Shown piece by piece: positions 25,770 through 36,723 of a DNA stretch of 56,672 nucleotides (its first letter is position 1; each line of letters begins with the position of its first letter). The translations under genes and the position numbers were made by a program. Source of the stretch: Chiloscyllium plagiosum. Taxonomy: Eukaryota. Location of the stretch: the NCBI RefSeq assembly GCF_004010195.1, contig NC_057754.1, forward strand, positions 8,866,566 through 8,923,237, read 5' to 3'. The notes beneath the pieces were generated by a model. It was not told the DNA's origin, made no database searches, and was given only the letters and a program-made list of their open reading frames with translations.

Positions 25770-26480
25770 GACCAGTTACCACCCTTAACTGTATGGCATC
25801 AAGAAAGTTGCACATGGGGTCTCTGACAGTGCTTTAAAGTGGCATTTGCAAATGAATAACTAGCTCACTGATACGCAGTTTGGGTTCCACCAAAACAGAG
25901 CTTTTGATCTCATTATGAACATGGTTCAAAGATGGATAAAAGCATTGACATCAAGAGGAGAGCTGAGAGATTGACTGCTCCTAGCATCAAGAGAATATTT
26001 GACTGAGTGTGACAAATGGGCGGCATGGTGGCACAGTGGTTAGCACTGCTGCCTCACAGCGCCTGAGACCTGGGTTCAATTCCCGCCTCAGGCGACTGAC
26101 TCTCCTAGCATCAAGAGAATATTTGACTGAGTGTGACAAATGACAAGTACCATCTTCACCATAAATTTCCAGCCAATAGCCACCTTCACCAAAGGAGGTT
26201 CAAACTATCGAAGTTCAAACACATTCACCATCATTTTCAATATCCTAGGGCTTACAATTGATCAGATACTGAAGTGGACCAGCCAAGTATTGCTACACGA
26301 ATAGGTCAGAGACAATGAATTCTGTGGGAAATAATTCACTTCTTGACTTCTCAAAGACTGTCCACCATCTGCAAGACGTAAGTCAGAAGTTGCCTGGGTG
26401 GGTGCAACTCCAACAACACTCGAGATTTGAGACCATCCAAGATAAAGCAGCTCACTCACTTGACACTCCATCCACCAGCA
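25770..26480 (+). mobile_element. Old L2/CR1-group LINE fragment
   Basis: NPTDQLPP...NN*LTDTQFGFHQ similarity to the 15.0-kb fragment; ILGLTIDQILKW. Confidence 0.55.
26019..26101 (+). mobile_element. Head-only HE1-like SINE flanked by a 41-bp duplication
   Basis: GGCGGCATGGTGGCACAGTGG...GGTTCAATTCCC; identical flanks 25978-26018 and 26102-26142. Confidence 0.85.
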
Positions 26481-26809
26481 TGAATAGTCATTCTTTTTCG
26501 CTGGACACTGCCTCTTCTATCGACAGGAACGTGGGGCTTCTTCACATCACTGTGAACTTTTCACTGATCCCTTTATTTTCCTAGTTTAAATTAAGAAAGA
26601 CTTCAATGTTAACTATTATCTTATTTATTTTTCTACTTATTCTATGAAGTAATGCTTAACCTTTTGACTCTATTTCTCTTACTAATTTGTACCTAAGATG
26701 GCACCTTGTGTGGTGACATTATATACTTTTGATTATACTCCTGTTCTTCTTACTTGAGTACATGTAACAATAACATCTAAATCTAATCTAAACATATATA
26801 AATCTAATA

Positions 26810-27085
26810 TGAGAGGACATATCAGGGGAGGAAGTTCATAGGAGGTTGTGAGGCACAGGTTTTTTGTACAGAGAGTGGTAGGAATCTGGAGTGCGCTGTC
26901 AGGGGTTGTCATAGAGGCAGATACATTGGGGGTGTTTAAGGATTTTTAGATAAGAAGATGAATAAGCAAGGAATAGAACGACATGGACCATGGGCTGACA
27001 AAAGGGATTAGTTTAATTTGGTGTCACGTTTGGCACAACATCATGGGCTGAAACATCTGTTCCTGTGCTGTATTGTTCTATGTTA
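26810..27085 (+). mobile_element. CR1 3' end
   Basis: CAGAGAGTGGTAGGAATCTGG...TGTTCCTGTGCTGTATTGTTCTATG tail. Confidence 0.7.
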
Positions 27086-27559
27086 ACATCCCAGGGAGGT
27101 TAAAGGATATGAACATCTTTATAATTCCATAAACTGTCTGCCCCAGTGTTTGTGAGACTCTCTTAACTTTATCTTTTATTAATGGTGTCACTAGAGAATG
27201 TAAAATGGATAGAATCTTTAGATTAACCTTTTACCAGTTACATAAGAGGGTGTAGGTAAAGGGGCAATAAATAAGGTTACATTTGGAGCTCTGATGAGGC
27301 TTCTGATCTCTAGTCAGGCAGCAAGTCATAGGAGGTGGGTGGACAGGCTTCAGAAACACCTAGTGTAGCCCACAAACCCCAACTAAGAATCTGCAGGTAC
27401 CACATTTACGCTCTGGGGCTGCTTTCTTCATGACAACAGGTCTAAATTAACAGCACTCATTTTCATTCGGTGGAAACAGGTCATCGATATGGCCAACTTG
27501 TGGATGCAAAAGAATGCGAACAGACCTCTGGGTCCCTGTGACCAGTAGAGAAAATGAGT

Positions 27560-28070
27560 TATAGAGTCATAAAGATGTACAGCATGGAAACAGACCCTTC
27601 GGTCCAACCCATCCATGCCTACTAGATATCCCAACCCAATCTAGTCCCACCTGCCTGCACCCGTCCCATATTCCTCCAAACCCTTCCTATTCATACACCC
27701 ATCCAAATGCCTCTTAAAAGTTGCAATTGTACCAGCCTCCACCACATCCTCTGGCAGCTCATTCCATATACGTACCACCCTCTGCGTGAAAACGTTGTCC
27801 CTTAGGTCTCTTTTATATCTTTCCCCTCTCACCCTAAACCTATGCCCTCTAGTTCTGGATTCCCCGACCCCAGGGAAAAGACTTTGTCTATTTATCCTAT
27901 CCATGCCCCTCATAATTTTGTAAACCTCTATAAGGTCACGCCTTAGCCTCCCAACGCTCCAGGGAAAACAGCCCCAGCCTGTTCAGCCTCTCCCTATAGC
28001 TCAGATACTCCAACCCTGGCAACATCCTTGTAAATCTTTTCTGAACCCTTTCAAGTTTCACAACATCTTG
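27560..28070 (-). mobile_element. CR1 3' fragment
   Basis: ORF 27641..27913(-) nearly identical to the end of ORF 10642..11187. Confidence 0.9.
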
Positions 28071-28492
28071 CTACTCATTCATTTCATTCTCACTCTGCAC
28101 TGATGCTAGAGAACTGAACCCAGCCAGTGTAGAAGGAGGGATAAAACTAGAAGCAGATTCATGGAAAGAGAGACAGAGTTAATATTTCAGATTGATGTTA
28201 ACCCTTCATCAGAGTTTAGGTGCTCCCAGCTTAAGTCAAGAATCCCAGACTACTGCCAATGGCGATGAGAAACATCACCTTGAGTTTAGCTATTCTGATG
28301 TGCCAGATTGCCAAACCCTCCCACCACCCACCTCCAGAACATTATAATGATATTTTTAAAAAGCATTTCATAAGATATCTCTTATCCATTATCCATCCCC
28401 GAATTTTGAATCGTTAAAGGAATCCAGTGTTAAGGGGCAAAGGCAGGAAAAGAGAGTTTAGGATTATCATATCAGATGTGGTGTTACTAAAT

Positions 28493-28810
28493 GGGCGGCA
28501 CGGTGGCTCAGTGGTTAGCACTGCTGCCTCACAGCACTGGCGACCTGGGTTCAATTCCCGCCACGGGCAACTGTGTGTGGAGTTTGCACGTTCTCCCCAT
28601 GTCTGCGTGAGATTCCTCTGGGTGCTCACACAGTCCAAAGATGTGCAGGTTAGGTGAATTGGCTGTGCTAAATTGCCAGTAGTGTTAGGTGCATTAGACA
28701 GGGGTGAATGTAGGGAAATGGGTATGGGTGGGTTGCTCTTCGGAGGGTCAGTGTGGACTTGTTGGGCTGAAGGGCCTGTTTTCACACTGTAGGGAATCTA
28801 ATATATCTAA
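28493..28810 (+). mobile_element. HE1-like SINE, full length
   Basis: A box TGGCTCAGTGG, B box GGTTCAATTCC, central domain, AATCT tail. Confidence 0.9.
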
Positions 28811-29363
28811 TCAAAATGGCAAAGCAGACTTGATGAGTTGAATGGCCTATTTCTACTCTTACCTGTTATCCTCTTATGGAGGAAAGAAGTAGTGATGGAT
28901 TATGACTTCAGCCCAGGCAAGAGGAAGAATGTGGAGGCCAGGGATTTACAAATTCAGTCAAACAAGAAAGGAAAATTAATCCACAGGAACTAGAATTGCT
29001 TGTTACAAATTCCTATCTTGGACTGACAGTAATGGCTTTTCTAATCTCCTTTTGTAGGGTGTTAGAAGAGGAGGATAAACTATACATCCATATTAGACAG
29101 TTATTTGAAACATCAGGACCAGAATATCATTATCCTTTGAATGTGGAAGAAAAGGTATTTTTTGTTTGGGAAAAGGTTTCAAACATCAGTGTGACTGAAA
29201 ACGTCCTGAGTGAGCATGCTCCCCTGAAGTGACTGTGGTAAAAGCTTTAACCAGTTACACAGTGTGTAAGAAACATTGCATTATTCAATGCACGGAGATG
29301 CCTGTATGTGGAGGATGATCCAACTGACTATCCAATCTGATAAGTCACAAGCACACCCATGCC

Positions 29364-30122
29364 ATGGAGAAACCGTGGAAGTGTGGGAACTGTGGGAAGG
29401 GATTCAGCTGTCCATCTCACCTGGAAACTCATCGACGTACTCACACTGGGGAGAGACCGTTCATCTGCTCTCTGTGTGGGAAGGGATTCACTCAGCCATC
29501 TAGCCTAGTGTCACACCAGCGAATTCACACTGATGAGAAACCCTTTAAATGTTCTGAGTGTGGGAGAAGCTTTAAGAGCTCTGGGTGTTTAATTCAACAT
29601 CAGCGACTTCACACGGAGGAGAGGCCATTCGTCTGTGGCAAATGCAGCAAGAGGTTCAGGACTTCATCTCAACTCTCAAAGCACCTACGTGTGCACACAG
29701 GAGAAAGACCATTCACTTGCTCACAGTGTGGGAAGAGGTTCAGGTGTTCATCTAATCTGACTGAACATCTGCGTGTTCATACTGGAGAGAGACCGTTTGT
29801 CTGCTCTGAGTGTGGAAAGGGATTTACTTGTTCATCCCACCTGACGGAGCACAAGCGGGTTCACACTGGGGAGAAGCCATTTGTCTGCTCCATGTGCGGG
29901 AAGGGATTCACCACGTCATCCCAGCATCTCACACACCAGGCTGTTCACAGTGGGGAGAGACCATTCTCCTGCTGCTTGTGTGGGAAGGGATTCAGTCGTT
30001 TATCCACACTGCAAAGACATCAGCGCATTCACACTGGAGAGAAACCGTTCCCCTGCTCCCAGTGTGGAAAGGGATTCACTCAGTCATCCCACCTGCTGAG
30101 ACACCAGCAAGTTCACAAGTGA
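29364..30122 (+). CDS. C2H2 zinc-finger protein, 9 fingers, 252 aa, no effector domain (ZNF-B)
   Basis: Nine canonical fingers with TGEKP/TGERP linkers; GCCATGG Kozak context; in-frame upstream stop 29325-29327; acceptor AG 29056-29057; AATAAA 30231-30236. Confidence 0.92.
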   Translation: MEKPWKCGNCGKGFSCPSHLETHRRTHTGERPFICSLCGKGFTQPSSLVSHQRIHTDEKPFKCSECGRSFKSSGCLIQHQRLHTEERPFVCGKCSKRFRTSSQLSKHLRVHTGERPFTCSQCGKRFRCSSNLTEHLRVHTGERPFVCSECGKGFTCSSHLTEHKRVHTGEKPFVCSMCGKGFTTSSQHLTHQAVHSGERPFSCCLCGKGFSRLSTLQRHQRIHTGEKPFPCSQCGKGFTQSSHLLRHQQVHK

Positions 30123-30429
30123 CTCCAGGAGTTAGGATTCCCCTGTTTTTGCTGCTGTTTGTACAGTCTGAGACGTGACTATGTTTGTTTTTGCAGTATT
30201 CTGACTTCCTGCACTTGGGGCTTGTTGTCCAATAAATCATATTTGTCTCTAATATCATATGCCAACTCTCCAGAATAAAGAGAACAATTGCCCTCTTATT
30301 GACTACTCCACTTTTGGGATAGAAAGCTGGCAAATGTCCTGTACCTAGTTTCCTACAATCATGGATAGATGGAGGCGAATGCACTGCTTGTGATTTCCCA
30401 AATTTCTGTAAATCCTGGGACAGAAGCAA

Positions 30430-31350
30430 TGTATTTATTTGATTATTTTTGCATGAGATGTGGACATTTCTGGTTAGGCCGGCATTTGTCACCCATTCTG
30501 AATAGCCTTAACACTCTCAGCTTTTTTTTTTGTTCCTTCATGGATTGAGGGTGTCTATGTTTGGCCTGCATTAATTGCCCATCCCTAATTGCCCAGAGGG
30601 CAGTTAAGAGTCAACCATATTGCTGTGGGTCTGGAGTCACGTGTAGGCCAGACCAGGTTAGGCTGGCAAGTTTCCCTCCCTATAGGGCATTAGTGGGCTT
30701 TTAATGACAATCAACAATGGCTTCATGGTCATCATTAGACACTTAATACCAGATTTTTATTGAATCAAATTCCACCATCTGTGGTGGGATTTGAACCCTA
30801 GTCCCCAGGACATTACCTGTGTCTTTGGATTAACAGTCTAACGATAATACCATCAAGACATTGCCTCTGCATTTCACAGGGCAGTTAAGAGTCAACCACA
30901 TTGCTGCAGGTCTGGAGTCACATGCAGGCCAGACCAGATAAGAATGGCAGATTTTCTTTGCTAAAGGACATAAGTGAACCAGATAGATTTTCACGGCAGT
31001 TGACAATATGATTAATAATGATTCCCATTTAGGTTGCTTTTAATTCCAGATTGTTTGATTGAATTCAAATTTCACGATCTGCAGATGTGGGATTTGAACA
31101 CACGGATCACAAAATATTGACCAGGGGCTCCATATTACCAGCCCACTGACATTGTCTCCATGCCACCAGTAGAGGGCGGGGTGGTGTTGGCTGAGTGGCA
31201 TTGTCATTGGATTAATCCATAAATTCAGCTAATGTTCTGAGGACTTAGATCCAGATTCCACACATGGTGGAATTTGAATTCGATGTAAAAAACGAAACTG
31301 GAATTAACAATCTACTGAAAACCATTGTTGATTGTTGGATGATTCATTGA
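30430..31350. mobile_element. Cluster of a second tRNA-derived shark SINE family (copies on - at ~30520-30870 and ~30875-31150, one on + at ~31180-31350)
   Basis: Repeated GGCAGTTAAGAGTCAACCA(T/C)ATTGCTG...GAATTCAAATT...GGGATTTGAAC; related copies at 14.6, 43.0, 50.0 and 54.0 kb. Confidence 0.7.
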
Positions 31351-31389
31351 TTGTTCACATGATTCATTCCAGAAATAAAACCGCTTTTT

Positions 31390-31820
31390 ATGAGGAGAGA
31401 TTGAGCAGTTTAGGCCTATAATCTCTCGAGAATGAGAGGAGATCTAATTGAGGTATATAAGATGCTAAAGGGGATTGACACAGAGAAGGTGTATCCTTTT
31501 GTGGGGCAATCTAGAATTGTCACAATTTTAGAGAAAAGGTTAGCAGATTTAAAACAGAGATGAGGAGGAATCACTTCTCTCAAAGGGTTGTGAATCTGTA
31601 GAATTTGTTCACCCAAGGTGTGGTGGAAGCTGTGACATTTGATAATATTAAGGAGGAGATAGACAGATTTTTAATTAGTAATGAGTTGGAGAATAATGGA
31701 GAGTGGGCAAGGAAGTGAAAGTGGGGCTGAGCTGGGATCAGCCACGATTGTATTAAATAATGGTTCAGGCTCAAGGGGCTGAGATGCTTGTTCCCACCCC
31801 TTGCTCTTCAATTCTTATGT
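31390..31820 (+). mobile_element. CR1 3' fragment
   Basis: GAGATCTAATTGAGGTATATAAGATG (DLIEVYK) and CAGCCACGATTG tail. Confidence 0.75.
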
Positions 31821-32209
31821 TCTCACCAATCTCTGATGTTGAACTACAAATCCACCCAGAATTGAAATCCATTCCCAACAGTCTCAAACGTGACATGATG
31901 GAGATTTCTTAGGATTAAAAAAACTTTATATTCAACACTGCACAGTCGTCTGGTTGTAAAAGCCCTGTACAAATAGATATAGCAGCAGTTACTCAACTGT
32001 TTGGAGATGATGTGTTGTCTTGATTTTAAATATTCCACTGCTGGAGCCTGATTATAAGTTTTTACAGTTGATTTGTTCAAGCAATGCAAGGGGCGATCTA
32101 TCTCAGTTACTAGACTGAAGCTAAACTGTGAAGCGTACAGAGAGTTGATTTATCTTTATATGCTTAGCATCTCATTATCCCTATCCCAATCTTCCTTCAT
32201 ACACAACAA

Positions 32210-33000
32210 ACAAACAGAAATTGCTAGAGAAGCTCAGCAGGTCTGGCAGCATGTACTGGGAAAACAAACTTAATGTTTCAAATCCAGTGACCTTCCATCA
32301 CAACTAGAAGCAGCGAGAAAAGTTGGTATATATGCTGATGACTTGGTAGTGGTGGGGGTTGGAAGATGTGGTGTTGGGAAGTGTGCGCAGATAGTGGAGA
32401 CAGAGCCCAGAGAGAGAGAGGGGAAATGTAAAGCAGATAAAGTGATTGCTATTAGTAAGCTAGGGAAGGAGATAAGCTAAATAGATGATAATGTGGACTA
32501 TGAGTGAGTGAAAATGCATTGGCTGTTCTGAAAGCAACCCATCTTATGACAGGACTTCAGGCATGGAGGTGGGTCATAGACATAGAAGAAGGTGATCAAG
32601 CTCTAAAGTTATTAAACTTGAAATTAAGTCATGACAGCCACAAGGTCTGCAAGCGGAAGATGAGATGCAGTTCTTCCAGCTTGCATTGAACCTTGCTGAA
32701 GCACGCCATAGACCCAGGAACATGGTGGTGTGTTGAGGTGGTAGGCAATTAGAAGCTCAGGGCCATTTTTACAAACAGAATGTAGGTGTTCTGCAAAGTG
32801 GTTGCTCAGTCTGTATTAGATCTCCCCAGTGTAGAGGAGACCACATGGTGAATAGTGAATACAGTAGACTAGATTGAGTGAGAAACAGGTAAATTCTGAA
32901 GAAGTTGGAGAAGTCACTGGACCAAAAATGTTAATCCTGCCTTCTTTCCGCACACGCACTCAGACCTACTAAGGATTTTCCAGCAATTTCTTTTTCTGTA
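32210..33000 (-). mobile_element. Old Penelope 3' fragment with inverted pLTR
   Basis: pLTR terminus at 32210-32310 and inverted copy at 32895-33000; GIY-YIG remnant ~32820-32880. Confidence 0.65.
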
Positions 33001-34439
33001 TCTTTTGGCAGTGAGTTCACCTGTCTCTTTCTGTCTAACCATACTCCATAAACTCTATCGTGCTTGCAGCATTTTTAAAGCTTATTTTCTAACTTTTTTC
33101 AGATTATCACTTATTGTATTATTAATGTCTCCCAGTTCTCATGAAAGGTCATTAACCATTTGCATCTTCATGGTGATGTCTACAGCAGCAGTGATTTTGT
33201 GTATTTGACTGCAGCTGTCTCCAATGATGGGTGATCAGCATTGGCAGCTTTGACAGAATGACTATGATAGAAAATCTGAAACAAAAACAGAAATTGCTGG
33301 AGAAACTCAGCAGATCAGGTAGCATCTGATGCTGATCAGCTTTTCAGCAGTTGCTGAATGATATATGCATTGTGAATTACAATTTGGTGTATGGCTGTTT
33401 GGGTTCAGGCTCTGATTTTTCTTTTACTTAGTGAATTTCAGTATACAATGAGCCCTCCTGTGTTTTTTCTTGCAGTTGAAGACACCAGTTCTTTTTTAAA
33501 AACAAAATTCTTCCACTCAAGACTACAGGATTTGCTGAATTCTGGAGTGGATTAGAGAACCTAAGGAGTTACTGCAGCAAATAGGTCACAGCAACTTACA
33601 TGGAGGAAATGAAAACAAGTCTTGGAGCAATTTTACCCATGTAATTAGTCTCTGAATTTACCCCAATTAAAACAACTCCTTGCTTATGCTACAGAGAGTA
33701 GGCTGCATTCTAATTGTAAGTCATTTTGCTGCCTCAGTCTTTTTCATATCTCTGCTTTTCCAACTGAATAAGAAAGGAGGGGTTTCACCAGATTCACACT
33801 GGACCTCGGTTTTTCCTCTTCCTCTGTCAAGAAATGATTTTGCAGCCTGTCCTGCATTTCCTCAGTTGGTTACAGAATCGTTTGTTTGCCTTGCTGGAGT
33901 TCACAACTGTTTAAAGCAATGAGTATCTGTTAATCTGCACCTTTTGGGGGTCATTACTGTCTGTTGTAGGTGAGTGAAGAGCAAAGAAGTTAGTACAGTG
34001 ACTGAAAATGTGTAGAACTTATTCCACTTTGTGTCACCTCTTCTGAGTCATAGTCCTTCTGATTTTATGGAATGTTTTTTTTTTCAAGACTTATAATCGA
34101 GCAAATTGTAAATTTGTAAAATAACATGTAACAACAAAAGAATTTCTGACCAGTTACCTCTCAAGTGAGAAAGGGTGGTAGGTGTTTGGAATTCTAGTCC
34201 ACATATGGCAATGAAAGCAGGATCGGCTGATAATTTTAAATCTGAGAGGTTTTCTTTTGTTAAGCAAAAGTATTGAGAGATATGAGCCAAAGGCAGGTTT
34301 ATGGAATTAGGCCACGATCAGCTATGACCACATTGAATTGTGTAACAGGCTTGATGGGCTGAAAAGCCTACTCCTCTTCCTATATTACCGAGTGAGATAC
34401 ACGACTGAAACACTTCAATTACGTTTCCCTCATTCTGGT

Positions 34440-34925
34440 AATTAATGTTGAAATGTTTGCTCCAGTCCCACAGGATCCCATCTGTTTAATACCATAAATA
34501 GAACGATTCGGGTTTCCAAATAAGGGAGACTTTCAGCCAATGAGGGGGAGCCAGATTCCGTTCACTCCTATTGGTTGGAGGACCAACCTCTCCCGGGGTT
34601 AGCCTGACCGCCCCCTCTTCCTATTGGTTGGAAGTCACCATCAATCACCCAGAGGGTGGAGCATGCGCAGTGTCGGGCTGAAACACCGGTGGTGATGAGG
34701 TGGTAGGGACTTTGCCTGGTAAGTGTGCGTGAGATATATCTGACGGGGTGAGTTAACGTCGGAACTCTTCCTAAATAATATGAGACCTCTAACTTCAAAT
34801 CGTAAATCGTTCCTGCTACCTTTTTTTTGCACAGGGCGGGGCCGCGTTCCCTCAGAAGCGACGCGCATCTGCGGCTGCCATCTTTTTAGGGGGCATGATG
34901 CCACAGTGCGCATGCGTCATTGCCA
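34440..34925 (+). promoter_or_regulatory. CpG-island promoter with putative first exon
   Basis: Three CCAAT boxes (~34538, ~34570, 34623), CCATCAATCA 34638-34647, NRF1-like sites ~34660 and ~34907, YY1-like GCCATCTT ~34877, donors GTAAGT 34719 and GTGAGT 34748. Confidence 0.75.
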
Positions 34926-34944
34926 CTGCTAGGTGTACTTTACA

Positions 34945-35698
34945 AAGGAGAAAGTGAGGATTGTAGATGCTGGAGAGTCGGAGTCTAGCAATGTGGCGCT
35001 GGAAAAGCACAGCAGGTCAGGCAGCATCCGAGGAACAGGAGGTTCGACGTTTTGGGCACAAGGTGAAAACAATGACTGCAGATGCTGGAAACCAGATTCT
35101 GCATTAGTGGTGCTGGAAGAGCACAGCAGTTCAGGCAGCATCCAAGGTGCAGCGAAATCGACGTTTCGGGCAAAAGCCCTTCATCAGGAATAAAGGCAGA
35201 GAGCCTGAAGTGTGGAGAGAGAGGCCCAGGACCTCCATGTCCTCAGCAGAGTGGGAGGGAGAGTTGAAATGTTAGGCACGACATGGTTGAAGAGTTTCAG
35301 GGCAGAGGAAAAGACCTGGGAGTTGCAGTGGGAGAGGTACTCCCTGAGATTCTTGAAGAAGTTTTCCTCCTCTCTCTACAAGGCAGGCATCCTTGCAAGA
35401 GGTTTCACAGTAGGGTTAAAATCCACGAGGTAAAAACAATGACTGCAGATGCTGGAAACCAGATCCTTCATCAGGAATGTCCACTGAGATCCTTGTGGAG
35501 GCAGGAGGAGGAGAAGAACTTCCTCACGGTGAGCATCCGTGGAAGAGGTTTTGCAGTGAGGTTTTCAGTGACTGGGAGAAAGTTAGGACTGCAGATGCTG
35601 GAGAGTCAGATGTAAAATATGGTGCTGGAAAAGCAGGGCAGGCAGCATCTGAGGAGCAGGAAAGTTGACTGTTTCGGGCATAAGCCCTTCATCAGGTA
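34945..35698 (-). mobile_element. Tandem or nested Penelope pLTR units
   Basis: GCAGATGCTGGA terminus recurs at ~34963, 35078, 35445 and 35591; hammerhead cores at 35156-35191 and ~35665-35696. Confidence 0.75.
35156..35191 (-). ncRNA. Minimal type I hammerhead ribozyme motif (Penelope-derived)
   Basis: Minus strand ATTC-CTGATGA-A-GGGC-TTTT-GCCC-GAAA-CGTC-GATT: intact core and GUC cleavage triplet. Confidence 0.7.
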
Positions 35699-36335
35699 AA
35701 CAGTATATGCCCAATGTCATCTCTTTTTAGGATGGGTGAAATGCATGCGCTGCCTCTTGAATCAGGACCTTAATGGGGAAACATCGCCTGTGAATGACTC
35801 CTCCGTTTGCTATTTAGAATAGAACAGAATCTGTACAGTGTGGAAATGGGCCATTCAGCCCAACAAGTCCACACCGACTCTTTATAAGCATCCCACCCAG
35901 ACACACCATCCTACCCTGTCCCTGCATTTCCCATGGCTAATCCAGAGTGAAGCTGGAAAAAGCACAGCAGATCAAGCATCATCAGAGGAGAAGGGACTTG
36001 ATGTTTCAGGTCGGAACCTTTCATCAGGACTGAGGGAGGGGAAGGAGGCTGAGAAATAGAGGGAGGGAGGTGGGGCTGAGGGGGGAAAGGTTGGTGGGAT
36101 GATAGGTGGATGCAGGTAGGAGGTGGCTGTGATTAGTCAGTGGGAAGGAAGATGGACAGGTTAAGGGGATGGGGATGGAGAGGGAGGTCTGGGCTTGCAA
36201 TGAGGTGGGCGTGGGGAGATTCGGAAGCTGGTGAGGTCTATGTGAATGCTGTATGGTTGTCAGCTCCTGAGATGGAAGATGAGGCGTTCTTCCTCCAGTT
36301 TGCATGTGGCCTTATTTTGAAGGTGGAGGAGGCCC

Positions 36336-36391
36336 GAACCCGGGTCTCTGGCGCTGTGAGGCAGCAGTGCTAACCACTGTGCCACCGTGCC
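36336..36391 (-). mobile_element. Head-only HE1-like SINE flanked by a 52-bp duplication
   Basis: Identical flanks 36284-36335 and 36392-36443. Confidence 0.85.
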
Positions 36392-36458
36392 GCGTTCTTC
36401 CTCCAGTTTGCATGTGGCCTTATTTTGAAGGTGGAGGAGGCCCAGAAGGGGCATGTTT

Positions 36459-36723
36459 GATTAGATTAGATTCCCTGCAGTGTGGAAACAGGCCCTTCAG
36501 CCTGACAAGTCCACACCGACCCTCTGAAGAGTAACCACCCAGACCCATTTCCCACTAACACAATGGACAATTTAGCATGGAAACCGGAGTACTCGGAGGA
36601 AACCCACGCAGACACTGGGAGGATATGCAAACTCCACACAGACAGTTGCCCGAGGCTGGAATCGAACCTGGGACCCTGGTTCTGTGAGGCAGCAGTGCAA
36701 ATCACTGTGCCACCATGCCGCCC
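36459..36723 (-). mobile_element. HE1-like SINE
   Basis: Head at ~36723 and (TTAGA)n tail. Confidence 0.85.

Noticed and set aside
28493..28565. tRNA-like sequences with A and B boxes (also at 26019, 40012, 54293)
   Set aside because: They are SINE heads that continue into the SINE body or match it exactly; not tRNA genes
29810..30178. Alternative-frame ORFs over ZNF genes (HWGE-type repeats)
   Set aside because: Frame-shifted shadows of the repetitive finger codons
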